Source: Basidiobolus meristosporus CBS 931.73
Lineage: Eukaryota; Fungi; Basidiobolomycota
Length of the DNA stretch: 64,000 nt
Reading direction: 5' to 3'
Assembly (NCBI GenBank): GCA_002104905.1
Contig: MCFE01000373.1
Location: forward strand, 20,940 to 84,939
Position 1 is the first letter of the stretch, and every line of letters begins with the position of its first letter. Below the pieces are notes generated by a model. It did no database searches, was not told where the DNA came from, and worked only from the letters and a program-made list of their open reading frames with translations. Positions 35,451-48,215 of this stretch are shown one piece after another. The translations under genes and the position numbers were made by a program.

Positions 35451-38019
35451 GAGAGCACTTTGTTCCCCAAACTTACAGTGGTTAGCTAAAAAGTTCCCTG
35501 AAACTTTTTAGCTCAAGTGGGGGGTGGATGTGGTAGGGTAATCATACCTCCCACAGACAGGTTTATTCATATAGTCATTATGATATACTTATCCATATTT
35601 TATCTTATCAGTATTATCCCATTCTTCTTTTGCCCATATTATCAGTATTATCCCCATATGATGTTTACCCTGATTAGTTATTAGCATTAGTTATCCCAGA
35701 TGTTATTCAGCTTTGTGATCAGTAGATGTATCTATATAAGGCAAGTACCCGCGTCAGTACCCGTGACACATGACCTAGGTCTGTGTTACCATCTCTACCA
35801 TTTCAATACCATATATGGTATTTCTATGTTGCACAGGTTTCAGACTACTGATTCCTGATTGGTTGAGAGTGCTGTGCCTTTTAGAACCTTCCAGGACATT
35901 CTTGGCATATTTTTAGCTCATAGTGATGTCATCAAGAATTCCACTGATACCTAGAATCTTCTAGAACCTTGTCATTAGTAATCACTTGGCAATCAGGAAA
36001 AGTATTTAAGGGAAAGCAATCCCGCATCAATAAATCATCCCTTCTATCAGTAACACTTCTACCTTATTGATTAGCAGTTGATCACTGCACCTGCCTTCAA
36101 CAGTACATCTAAGACCTGCCATCAAGGAGCTTTTCAGGGTAGTGCACAAGACACACAGAGGCCTTTGGAGACACTTGGAGCACCTAGGAATCTAGAGAAG
36201 CAGGAGCTTTTACCATAGTGACATATTGACAAAGACACCAGCAGTTTAGACACAGAGGTTATTGCACCCATCAGACACCTCACACACCTTGAGTTGTGTA
36301 GCTTCTCCCAGGAGTACCTCTACACCACCACATCGGTATATCAAACTCCCAATAAACTATTTCAGTATTAGCATACTGGAAGTTGTTGTATATTGTTGAT
36401 TAGCCTCTACATTGTAGAACAAGCCCCAAACTAAGCATAATACAACACAACATATCACAAAGTTAATTTTTCATGATTAAGTGGTGTTGATCCCACAGGA
36501 CACCATGCAAAGACTAAAAGCAAAATTGCACTCCAGATTTCACAAAAATCTTATTCCATATTTTGCATCAAAGCAGTACATAATGGGCTTTTAAGTGGTT
36601 TCAACTAATTCTCTCACTTTCTATTCCCAGATACTCATTCACCTCCTGTATTTGCATAAATATATTGCCTATTTCCCATTTGTTACACTGCTTACTTGCT
36701 GCCTTAGCCAATTCTCTCCCATCTCAAGCATCCATGTTGCTTTCTTACTATTGAGACTTCAGTGAGCACTCAATGGTCAATTGCATTGAGCTTTACATGT
36801 CTGTATACCCATCACTAATATTAAGCTCAACACCACACTTAACAAGTAGCTTCATTAAAACCCATCATTTAATCAGTATTTCTGCTGTAACTCCCTATTT
36901 CCATGACTTTGCTGGGAATCCTACAGCATCATAGCATTGCTCATTCACTTGTTCCCCTATATCCTGGTTGTTGGATTGCACTGCAAGATTGAGCACCTCA
37001 TCTGTCAGTTTTTTCAATATATCCTTGCATTATTTAAGTGCATTTTGTTGAGCACTGCACTTGAAGAAGTGTTGCAACCTCTTGGTGCACCAATTAATGT
37101 TCCAAGATTCCACTGCAGGCATTGTACTAGCAATTTGAGTTCTTGAAATTATTGCTTTATCTTTCAGTGAGATCTCCACTCTTTCTGCCTAGGATGCACC
37201 TCCAACTTGTGTAAAAACAGATGTTGTCCTGCAGGTAATTTCTCTTTGCTATTGTGGAATTCAACCTGTTGTGAACCAACAGCGTAAATTGGTGAGAGCT
37301 GCAGCTTCATTCCTATGCTTCCCTATCTCTGGCATGCTAATACTCTTTTCCTGTTACCTTTACCATTATTGTTACCAGGTCTTTTACTCCTACTCAGACT
37401 GAGGCATCTGGTATTGCACTACAATTCTTCCTTGATAGGTGCTGCACTGCTATATTTGTTTTTTCCTGCCTTGCACTTGCCAGCACTCTCCAGGTAACCA
37501 GTTATTTTGCTACTGCATGTTTAGAGCTTTAAGCCCTGCTTGTGTAGGCTCCTGAGAATGCAACTGGTCTTATTACTACCAGATTCTTTACTGGTACTTT
37601 GACTGAATTTTTCTTCAATTGAGCTCTGTTCTTTTCTTAATAATCGCTGGACTTAAGGTAAAAATGCTGACTCCTCGTGTTGTTAGTGAAGTAAGCAGTT
37701 AGGAATCTTTGCAGAGCTGCAAGCTGATCATAATTTTCAGGCTGATGCAAATTTAGCCAAAGCAGTACCTCCTTTCAATTTTCAGTTGTAACTTAATTTC
37801 AATCTGTTATGACCTATACAAGTCCCTATACCAAACACTGACCTTAAACTCAGCCTCAAGCTCAAGAAGTCACTATATTGATATCCACCATTCAATAAGT
37901 ATTTCAACCATAAATCATTTTTCCGTGCCTTTGGCATCCTAAAACTTTATGCCATTGTTCATTCACTGATTTCCATGTATCCAGGTCTTCAGCCAGCACT
38001 GTAAATTCTAGCACCTCAC

Positions 38020-38364
38020 TTGACAGTCTTTGCACATCCAACCAATCATGGTTCAGTACACTGAAGCCTGTGTAACATAGAGTTACCATATTAAGGATGA
38101 AAATGGTAGGAATCATGACACAGATTGATCCTGTGTCATAGATCCTAGTGTAGGTACTTGCCTTATATAGAAGCACTTAAATCTAGTATTTTTACACAAA
38201 GTGATGGATAAATTACAAAATAAATAAATAGGTATCATCATTCGGCAGCTTATGGGATGGTACCAATCAGATTACACAAAGGGGATAGAACTAAAGCTAG
38301 GGTGGAGGTAAAGAATATGCAAATGGGCAAATCTGTCAGTAGGTGTCACTGCAGCCCCACTACA
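38020..38364 (-). mobile_element. 5' part of an LTR of the 22346-23416 subfamily
   Basis: TGTAGTGGGG start at 38364; colinear with 23080-23416. Confidence 0.7.
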
Positions 38365-38679
38365 CTGGCACTCATCCAGCAAGCTGACATTTACTTACTG
38401 CTTGTTTTGTGCTTTCAGCCCTAACTGCAATAGGCTCCTGAAGAAGCAGCTGGTTTCTCCTGACAGGTCCATCACTGCTACTCTGACTGAGTGCTTCTTG
38501 AATGGAACTACACTTTTCTTGCGCAATGTTATGCCAGCTCATTGCTATATACCTACTTGTCCCAAGTTGGTGCTCTGTCAGCTGCTGGATGTTTCTTTGA
38601 TACTTCCATAGAGCTTTTGGCCCTGCCTGTAATGAGCTCTTGAGGCAGCTGCTGGCTTTTAGCCACAGCTCCCTTGCAC

Positions 38680-40566
38680 TGTTGAAATAATTAGGAGTCC
38701 ACCTAATTATTGATATATTATGAACTAGCACTTAGTGAAATGATATATTTCAGATTATCAACATGGAAATTAGTTTGTAAGATATTTACTAATTATTAGG
38801 AATTTGAGAAGTACAGAATTTTAGGAAAATCTGAAACTTGTCCAAATGAGCTGAAACTTGGCACATGTACTCCTGAGACTCCCCTAATAATGACCAAGTA
38901 GCCACATTTACGTAGTTCTGCAATATGTATCAATACTGTGTTGCAACTCAATAAAACATAAAGTGAATATCATGTAAATCTTCTAATTCTCCAATTCACT
39001 TCCAATATATCTCTCTAATATTTCAACAGGTTATGAGCCCCAAGCTTGCTTTATCTTGGTTGTCTACTTTGCTCTAGTGCTGTGTCTTTATTCTGGAGAA
39101 AGACAGCCTAGTCTACCTGAAGTTACAAAAGACAGAAAAGTACTGCCGCTGCAAAGAACTGTTAGATGGGATATATTGTTTTAGAGAGAGAGGCCTTTGC
39201 CCTTAAAGAAGACACTAAGCAAGGAAAAAGGTCATATGTATGCTGGAAAGTTCTATCAGAAGTAACAGTGGCTTATCAGAGCCATTATGGTAGATTTACG
39301 CAATTGGAAAGTGCCAGATCAGGTTGTACTATTCAAGCACAATAGTACATATGAGACCATATCTATCCTGTTTAGGATTAGGCCTCTATGAATAGCTGCC
39401 AATCAAGCTGTGGTATCCTGTGATACCAAATCAAGCCTATCAAGATGTAAAGGGAAGATCTGAATACTGTAACAGGATATCAGTCCAAGAAAGTTATGCC
39501 TAGATCAGAAGGATATATATGATCTATCTCAGTCAGTTTTAGAAGGCAGGAAGCACCAGAAGACGTAGCTTCAGTGGGAGTACCAGATCAGGAATGAAAA
39601 AAAGCTAGGCTAGATACCACTGAAGGCACTAGTCCGGAAGAGGAAATACTTGGTCAACCGGTGAAGAATAAGGCAACTACAATGCTGATCTTTGTTGGTC
39701 TCAGCAGATTATATATGGAGTATATGAGGAAAGTTACTATCCAGATTCAGTTATGGATAAATGGAGGATAGTCTAAGTGAATTAGACTATAGACCGGAAC
39801 TGTGGATGATCCAGATCTACTGGAGAGAAGACCACTTCCTAACTTTGCCAATTATTGACCAATTTTACTCAAATAAATAACAGCAGATAGCCTGAGAATG
39901 CAGCTCTCTGATGATACAAAGTATGCTGGGATTTGATCAGTATCTAAAAAGTTTTACTCCAATCAAATTGATGATACTCATTCATAGATACTTGTGATTA
40001 GATCAGAGTTCAGACTCAAAGCAATTTGATCTGAAGTATGTAATTAACAGCATGGACCTATACTCAGTTATTACAGATAATATGCTATCCTTAACATTTA
40101 TTGGAGAATACATTAGTCCAATAGGTTAGATGGTTAATTGCAGGTTTAATTTCAACCGCAAGATACACAACACCACAGCAAGTTCATAAGTATATGAATA
40201 TATTATGTGAGTGGGAGTGTTGAAATAATTAGGAGTCCACCTAATTATTGATATATTATGAGCTAGCACTTAGTGAAATGATATATTTCAGATTATCAAC
40301 ATGGAAATTAGTTTGTAAGATATTTACTAATTATTAGGAATTTGAGAAGTATAGAATTTTAGGAAAATCTGAAACTTGTCCAAACGGGCTGAAACTTGAC
40401 ACATGTACTCCTGAGACTCCTCTAATAATGACCAAGTAGCCACATTTATGTAGTTCTGCAATAAGTTTAAATACTGTGTTGCAACTCAATAAAACATAAA
40501 GTGAATATCATGTAAATCTTCTAATTCTCCAATTCATTTCCAATATATCTCTCTAATATTTCAACA
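38680..40566 (+). mobile_element. Element D1: non-coding LTR element (TRIM-like, 1887 bp)
   Basis: LTRs 38680-39028 and 40218-40566, PBS GGTTATGAGCCC, PPT GTGAGTGGGAG. The 1.19-kb interior is a deletion derivative of D2. Flanks are TGCAC/CACAT. Confidence 0.9.
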
Positions 40567-41313
40567 CACATGATATACACTTATCCTGTCTCTGGACTAT
40601 TTTCTGATTTCTCTGGGCCATTGCATCAACCCTATCAGCCACTCCACTTAATATCCTCATCAATGATTTGGTAAGAACTGACAAAATACTTGCTAATACT
40701 GATAGTGGTGCTTTATGATAGCCACCTGCTAGGCATATACCAATGGTACAGCATTTGCAACATTTTTGTTTTCATGATCTTTATGGTCAGCTTGTGGCTC
40801 TGCAGAGGACTCAGGACTCTACATTATTTACTTTAATGGGCACATTGTGATCATGGCCATTTTTAGTTGTAGCCCTGGTTGTTGCAGTCAATGTCAACTC
40901 AAGCTGTTGTCAAACAGTTCTTCTGCTCTGTCAGCAGTGCAGTTTGATTAAGAACTAGACAGCTTTGCTTTATTTCTTGATGGCATATATATAGAAGCAA
41001 GTCAAACCAACAGAGAAATAATGTTACAAATATATGTGCATGTGGTACCACCACTTTACTATAAGGCTTACTATGGTAGGTCATCTTTGAATGCTACATA
41101 AATGTAGAAGCAATGTTCCAAATACAGAACTATGGTAAACTCTCAGCAAAAAAAATATAAAGATTACACACAGCTGCATTCAGGTAAGGCCCTGATGGCA
41201 GAGTTTCAGTTGTTCTAACTTGTAGGCTTTAGAGTATTGTCTTCTCAAAGGAGGCCAAACCCAGCACATACTTGTGTTAAGATGCTATCACAATTGGGGA
41301 TTGTGGCTCAATA

Positions 41314-44300
41314 CCCTATGAGAAATAACTTGGTCCTGCAGGTGGATCCAATCCAGAATAGCATCATAATTCCATCAGGAGACTCACATAATACCAGCAG
41401 CTTGGAATTAGTTACCATCTACACAATTGTGTGACAGGATCACCATTGCATTTTGCTAATGATAGATCCAAATAATGCTGATAAAATATAACAGTGTTTG
41501 TGTGGAGTTTGGCCAAGGGTGGCATAGCATTTTTGCAGTCTTAGTATGCATTATAACCATCTCAGTGGATCTAACAGGCCAGTACATCCAATAGCCTTGT
41601 AAGGCAAAAAACTTAATGGTGACATGATGGCCTCTTTGCGGCCTTTAATAGCATTAACATGGCTGTATGGCAGCCTACAGCTAGTTCAGTATTATGCTAC
41701 CATACCATATATCTCACTGTAGAATCACAGCTCCTTATTTGCTTACCAAATGCTACCTTGCGTATTTCATACATAGTTTAAATCAAAAAATACTAAGGCA
41801 TCCTGCTTACTAACCTCCACAGATGTGCACACCTGCAACAATTGACGTACTTCTATCATCTCAACCTTACAGCTTTTTAGTGGGATGCTTGAAAAGTTGC
41901 CGTATACCTTGTATTGCTGGTAACATACATATCTTGCAAGCATATAATTGGTTGCTGCCACTTCTGACATAAATACCTCCTGAATATCTGCAAAGACCTT
42001 TTTGGTATTTTGCCAATACATTCCTTGTCCCTGCTGGACTCTAGTCCCCCTTATAGGTGTGTTTGGGCTCTTCTTTGTGTGAATTCCATATCAAATGGTG
42101 TAGAAATTGGCTTGTGGCCAAAAGAAATCTGGCATATTTTGGTAGAATTATCCCAATAAAGTTACTTGCTTGTTGCACCCAACCCAACTTTGCATCACTT
42201 AGCTGATTACCCACTCATTGATGCTCCTTAGCTTCTTAGTGCCATCAGCATAGGTGTCTCTATGTGAACATTTGTCCCCAGTATTTTTCAACTCTTCTTG
42301 GCAGTACTCTATGTGCCAACTCTTCACATCCATGATGAACTTGAAGGTAGTATTCATGATGAGATTAGTATATGTTAGTACTTGCAACTTGACTTGTCTT
42401 CCTATCTCCCCACACATCTGCTTCATAGAAAACTCCCAGAAGGTGAAGTAAGGTTTGATATTCTCAAGACACCAGGCACAATGGTTCAGTAGATGGATAT
42501 TGTAGCAACAGAGATCTATGTGCTCAGCTTTATGCTTGTAGTGTAGCAGCTCCAATCCCATCATTAACTCCTTGCACCAAAGCTGTAGATGTGTTAAATT
42601 GACATTGGTTATCTGCATTGGATAAATATTCCAACAATGTGCATATATGACTCTCAATGCTTCCAATGTACTTTTGATAGGAATGGCTTCAGAATGCCAC
42701 TTGAATAAATACACGTCTAGTTCATCCTGTTCTTGCACTTGCATTGTTGCATATGTATATAAATGTTGATTAGAGCACATGAGAAGTACATTGGATAGCA
42801 GATACTCTATAATATCTTGCCATTTTTGTCAGAATTCAATGGTATCTCAAAGGGCTCATTCAGCTTGAAATGCTGCATATACCATTGGTCATGAGCCTAG
42901 GAAATTGTTGAAATGCAAATGCATTGCTTCTTATGGAATGCTTTTGCTACAACAGATACCCTCTATCTTAAGTAACTCCAGTTTCCCATTAATTCCATAT
43001 TCCAGCTGATGGTTAGTAACTTGCCAATTCTGCTGCAATTGCATGCTGACTTCTATACATTCATTCTGCAGAAAGATGATGTTCTTAGTGTTGGAGTCCA
43101 GGTAATAATAATGTATCAGAGTTATGGACTAAGTCCCCTGGATCCTGGATATAAAACATTAATACCATCCATTGCATCCAGAAAAGCTGGCTATCAAGCA
43201 GGGTACTACTGTTAGGAAAGGTAGGCTCACAATGCATTAGTGAGCCTGGTTATTCAGAGCTATCACTCTGTCTTCCATATTCAAAAGGCTGGGGTGAGCC
43301 TAAAGGCATCACAAACCCTCCTTTTCCAGTTTGCACAGGGTGACAAGTAGGGCTAGATTCCATTTTAGAAGTATCAAGTGGCTGGCAAGATATTGTTTTA
43401 CAACAGTGACTGGTGAATGATCAAATATGACTTATGTGGCAAAACATTGGCCATTTATCCATGTGATACTTCCTATGCCGTCTATGTGCTTCATGGCTGG
43501 GCAGCTTGCGACAATAGTCAGAAGGTTGTTTTTCTCTTCTCTTACAGCATTGAATCAAAGTAGTCTTGTCCATGGGGCAAACAGTTTCACAATCAGCAAC
43601 ATACTACTATCATATTACTTTTTTGTCAATACTCATGTGAGTTCAAGATAGTCTTGTATATGAGTTGTGACACCTATACAAATGAAGATTTGATGATGAC
43701 TTACCATAATAAGCATCATTACTAAAGTTGTGCCATGTATATGTAGCCAAAAAATAAAGCAAAGTTGTCTGGTTTGCAGTCAAACCCCATCACTGACAGT
43801 AGCAGTAGAATGATTGGACTACTGCTTGCCTTGACATTAAGTGCAACATGCCGGACTACAACAAAAAAAGGCCCTGTGGACAGCTTACCCTCTGAAAGGA
43901 ATAATGCCAACTCCTCAGGTTCCCAGTCAAGTAGGCAATTGGGAATCTCTACAGAGCCACAAGCTTAGCAAATGGCTGAGGCAGATGAGAACGTAGCAAA
44001 AGCAGTACCTTCAGTTAGGGACCAGTAAGTGGCCATCAAAGCATCACTACTGTCTGTATGAGCAAATATGTTGTCAGCTCATACCAGAAAAATTATGAGG
44101 CAATCAGGTGCTGTGGCTGATAGCAGTGCTGCAATGGCCCAGAGAAGTCTGGAAATAGTCCAGAAACAGGATGAACAGATAAAAGTGTAGAGTAATCAAT
44201 ATCCCAGGTAGAGAAGGCAGTATCTATGTTGCAAACAAGGATCTCAAGTAGTTCAATGTCATAGCCAAGAACTGAGACATTCCCCAATATAGCTTCAGAA

Positions 44301-45337
44301 AAATACTCTATAGTCTCTTAAGCACAACAACAGTGCCCTAAGATAACTCCCACACAAGAACCTATGGCAGCATGGTAGGGAGAAAATATAGTGTTTATAC
44401 CAAAGACTGAAAATATAAAGTCATTGAAGATCTGTGAAGCTGCTGACTGAAATGATGAAGAGTGGACCAATATTAAAGAGGCTCTTAAATGCCTAGCATG
44501 CCATCACTATAGGGCTTGCATACCATCCAACCATCAGGAGCTTAGGGAGAGTGGGAGGGCTGGGGTGGGCAAAGTGGGGGGCCCCCATAATGGAATACCC
44601 CTGCTGTAGATGTCTAGGAGAAAGATAGCTATTACTTAGGGTTAGGGTTAGGAACATTAAGAGGCACAGAAAGAGGTTGCAGCACTTCTTCACAAGCAGT
44701 GCTCTAGAAAATGCACTTGAATATTGCAAGAATTTACTGCCAAGACTAGTAGAACAGGTGCTAGACCTTGCAGTGCCAGCTGAAGACAAGGACATATATG
44801 AACCAGTGAGTGAACAGTGACATGCTGCAGGGTTCCTGCCATAGTTGTAGAACAGAGCATTACAGCAGAAATACTTATTAAGTGGAGGATTTTGATGAAA
44901 TTAATTGTTGAGTGTGTGGTTAGGCTTAATGTCAGTGTAAGGTATAGGTACTTGTGTAGGTCAATTCAGTTGGCAATCAAAGTACAACTGAGACCCACCA
45001 GAAAAAAATCAACTTGTATGTATGATAAGTAAAAGAAATGGCTGAGTCACGTAGTAAGGGGTGCAAAAAAGAGGCAATAGCCAATTGATGCACACAAATA
45101 TACAAAGTGATAGAGTGTCCAGGATTAAAAGTGAGGAAACTGGCAGAGAACCAATCATAAGCTACTTTTGTATTTTTGCAATGAGAATTTTTGACCAAGT
45201 TCTGTAAAATATCTTGGATGCAATTACTTTTTGACAGTCTTTGCACAGTGTCCCAATGGGATCCATACCTCTTAGTCATGGGACTTAGAATCTGTGATGG
45301 CCTTCTGATGAGATCATCAAAATAATTTATCATAGGG
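41314..45337 (-). mobile_element. CACTA/CMC-type DNA transposon with both termini (4024 bp), non-autonomous
   Basis: Imperfect 20-bp TIRs (CCCTATGAGAAATAACTTGG / CCCTATGATAAATTATTTTG) with AATA on both sides. Minus-strand transposase remnant NIHLLNHC...FWEFSMKQMCGEI (42199-42780); the Tnp2 core seen at 20707 is missing here. The second gene remnant is on the plus strand from about 43740. Confidence 0.85.
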
Positions 45338-45496
45338 AATAGTTTTCCCTTGACAAGTTTGTGGCTGTATTCTCCTTTACATTAGAGCAGAGACAAAAGT
45401 ATTCATAGTAAGCTTTCGCCAGAGGTTATTGCACCCAGTGAACACTACCCACAAAACTCTTGAGAAGTGTTGGATGTATATCTCCCTTGGAACATA
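45338..45496 (+). mobile_element. Right part of an LTR (22346 subfamily) interrupted by the 41314-45337 transposon; left part is about 41170-41313
   Basis: Joining 41313 to 45342 reproduces the reverse complement of 22380-22700 (GGGGATTGT-GCTC-AATA-G-TTTCCCTTGACAAG). Confidence 0.8.
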
Positions 45497-45780
45497 CCCT
45501 ATGATAAATATTTGTGATGATCTTGTTGAAAAAATGCCGCAAAATTAAAGTGCTGGGACTATAACGTATGGATCTCATCAGGACTCTATGCAAAGACTAT
45601 CAGAAAAGATTGCACCCCAGATTTCTCAAAAAACTTGGTCAAAATATCTCATCTCATAAATACACAAGTGGATCTTAATTGGTTCTTAACCAATTACCTC
45701 ACTTTGTGATCTCAAACACTCAATCATATTCTACATTTTGTACATTTATAGCTATTGCCTCTTTTTCACACTTGTTACTT
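45497..45780 (+). mobile_element. Terminus of another CACTA copy
   Basis: Starts CCCTATGATAAA; diverged inverted homolog of 45060-45337. Confidence 0.75.
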
Positions 45781-45940
45781 TTGACTCAATCAATTCTCTT
45801 ACATTTTGTTGACTGAAATTGATTTATTTCTTCTGAAACATCTATTGTATCTTCATTACCAATGGTATTATAAGTGCAACCCCATATTTAATAACTGACT
45901 CCAATGATGTCTACCATCCAATGAGTATTAGTGCTGTAAC

Positions 45941-48215
45941 TGTTGCAATTTAAGAAGTGATTTAGATATAAGGAACTTATCAAGAAATAGTGATAATAGT
46001 TGAACTGTTGTTTATTCATACAGAAGCTCAGTATTCATACCTTTGTAGAAGTAATACAGATGTAACACTAAGTAAGGAGGGTTTCTCAATATTAAGGAGC
46101 ATTCTGTAACAGCTTCAGGGTTAGTACATAATAGTTAGTATTAGTGCTAATTTGATCCTGACTATAGGGGAATAATCATTATATCATAGATCTGAGGAAA
46201 GTGGCAAAGTTAGAGCTGTAAATAAGTCTCACAGTGACCAAGACTAGTCCAAATTTGTTGAGTAAACTTTTAGCTGCAGAATGATCCCAAATAGTCCAAT
46301 ATTTCAACACTCCCCCTCAGCTAAATAGTTTCTTTATCCTAATTCCTCCCTGAGATTCTCAAATTGTGGCCTAGCTAGTGGTTTTGCCAATATAACTGCC
46401 ACCATTTTGTTAGATGGGCAGTACACTAACTCTACTAAGTAATTTTCTACAGCTTCCCTCACAAAGTGATGCTGTATATCAATGTGCTTAGTTCTGGCAT
46501 GATTAGTAGGATTTCTGGCTAATGAAATACAGACTAGATTATTCTTGTAAATACATGTTGGTTCATATGAATCAGAACCTAAGTCTTTGAAAAATTTTTG
46601 TAGCCACATAGCCTCCTTAGTTGCTTGACATGCAGCCATATATTCTGCTTCCATTGCAGATAGGGCCACAGTTGGTTGTTTCTTGCAAATCCAAGTAAAA
46701 GCTGCACCAGCATAAAGAAATACATAGCCTGTGATTGAGCACTTGTCAATCAGATCCCTACCCCAATCTGCATCACTGTAACCATCAAATTTTTGCCTAT
46801 TAGCTGCTCCAGAGTATTCCAGTACCATATTTATGGTAACTTATAGATATCTGAAAAACCACTTAACTGCTGCAATTTGATCTGATCCATCATTCTGCAT
46901 GAATTGACTGACTATTCCAATAGCCACTGCAATATCTAAACATGTAGACACCACCAAGTACATTAGACTACCAACCATTGATTGATAAGGAAAGTTTTGG
47001 TCCATATTTGAGCCATTTTCATCTATAACTGGCTGAGATTTGCTTAATTTCAGGTTATTGTCCATAGGGGCAGCTGCAGGTTTGCAATTTTCCATTCTAA
47101 AGCGTCTAAGAATGTCTCTGATGTACTTAGACTGATTCAGCACAATTTTCTGCGTAGGTATATCAAATTTGACCTCAATTCTAAGAAAATAGCTCAATTT
47201 TCCAAGATCTTTCATCTCAGACTTACTGAAGTGATCTGATTTTGTCTGTATAAAAGCCTCTTGGTCACTAGTAGCTATAATTAGGTTGTCCACATAAAGA
47301 ACTAGGATGATCACACCCTTTTTGAGCTGTTTCACATATATACTGTGATCTGCAGTGCCACAAGAGAACCCAATTTCCTATAGATATATGTCAATCTTGT
47401 TATACCATGCTCTAGGTGCCTGCTTAAGCCCATACAACAGTTTTTTAAGTTTCCAAACCTAATGGGGCACTCTTGGATTGGTAAAGACTTCTGGTTGCTC
47501 CATATATATTGTTTCTTGCAAATCCCCATTTAGAAATGCTGTTTTAACATCCATTTAGTGTAGATCTAGACTGTGTACAGCTGCCAGGGCTAGATCTGTC
47601 CTAATGGAGTTAAACTTGGCAACCGGAGCAAATGTTTCCTCAAAGTCTAGTCCCTGGATCTGGGAATAGCCTTTAGCTACCAATCTAGCCTTGTTCTTAA
47701 CAATGGCACCATTTGAGGTTGCCTTCATCTTGTAGACCCATCTACATCCTATTGGCTTTCTCCCATTTGCTAATCTACCAGTTCTCACATTTTTGCCTTG
47801 ATCAGTGATTGGTACTCCTCCTGCCAGGCTTGTTGCCACAAAACAGCATCTGGACTTTGCATTGCTGGTTCCAGATTCTGAGGTTTAGCACATAAGGCAA
47901 GATAAGCTTCTTCATGATCATTGGATGTCTGCCACAAGGATCCAGGGGTATTTCTTGTTCTGGTAGATCTCCTAACTGGGATAGTCTGCTCTGATCTGGA
48001 ACTGGTAGAAGTATCTTCCATATTGGGCTGGATTTGGTACATATCTTCTTCATTAGTATTGATTGCATTATCAGGCAGCTGGCCAATGATTTCTGTGGCT
48101 TTCTGATCTGAGTTCTCCTCAAATAAAATGTCCCTGCTCTTGGTCAGCTTCTGAATTTTGCCATCATACACTCTATGCCCTTTAGTATCTTCACAATACC
48201 CAAGAAAGATCCCTT
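45941..48215 (-). mobile_element. Ty1/copia family 2, 3' half (degenerate RT/RNase H plus 3' LTR)
   Basis: 3' LTR 45941-46309 (369 bp, homolog of 55165-55533) with PPT at 46310-46320. ORF pieces LYVDNL and YSDADWG...RTKHIDIQHHFVRE. Confidence 0.92.

Larger units (their letters stand above)
32716..36332 (+). mobile_element. Element B: LTR-gag-protease-LTR non-autonomous Ty3/gypsy element (3617 bp)
   Basis: LTRs 32716-33519 and 35529-36332 (804 bp, no differences found by eye). PBS at 33524, PPT AAGTGGGGGGTGGA before 35529, 4-bp TSD TTGG/TCGG. The empty site is visible at 29838-29841. Confidence 0.95.
28705..36452 (+). mobile_element. Ty3/gypsy element E, degenerate and internally deleted
   Basis: 4-bp TSD TATC (28701-28704 / 36453-36456), supported by the empty-site paralog near 10245. 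5' LTR 28705 to about 29960; PBS TGGTGGAGGACCTGGG at 29964 (tRNA-Ala-like 3' end). The 3' LTR survives only as 32230-32715 plus 36337-36452. Confidence 0.88.
28663..37700 (-). mobile_element. CACTA terminus plus second-gene remnant, split by gypsy element E
   Basis: 28663-28704 joined to 36453 onward reconstitutes the uninterrupted terminal block at 10198-10330. 36840-37100 is the reverse-complement homolog of 44690-44930 (KRLQHFF...). Confidence 0.65.
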
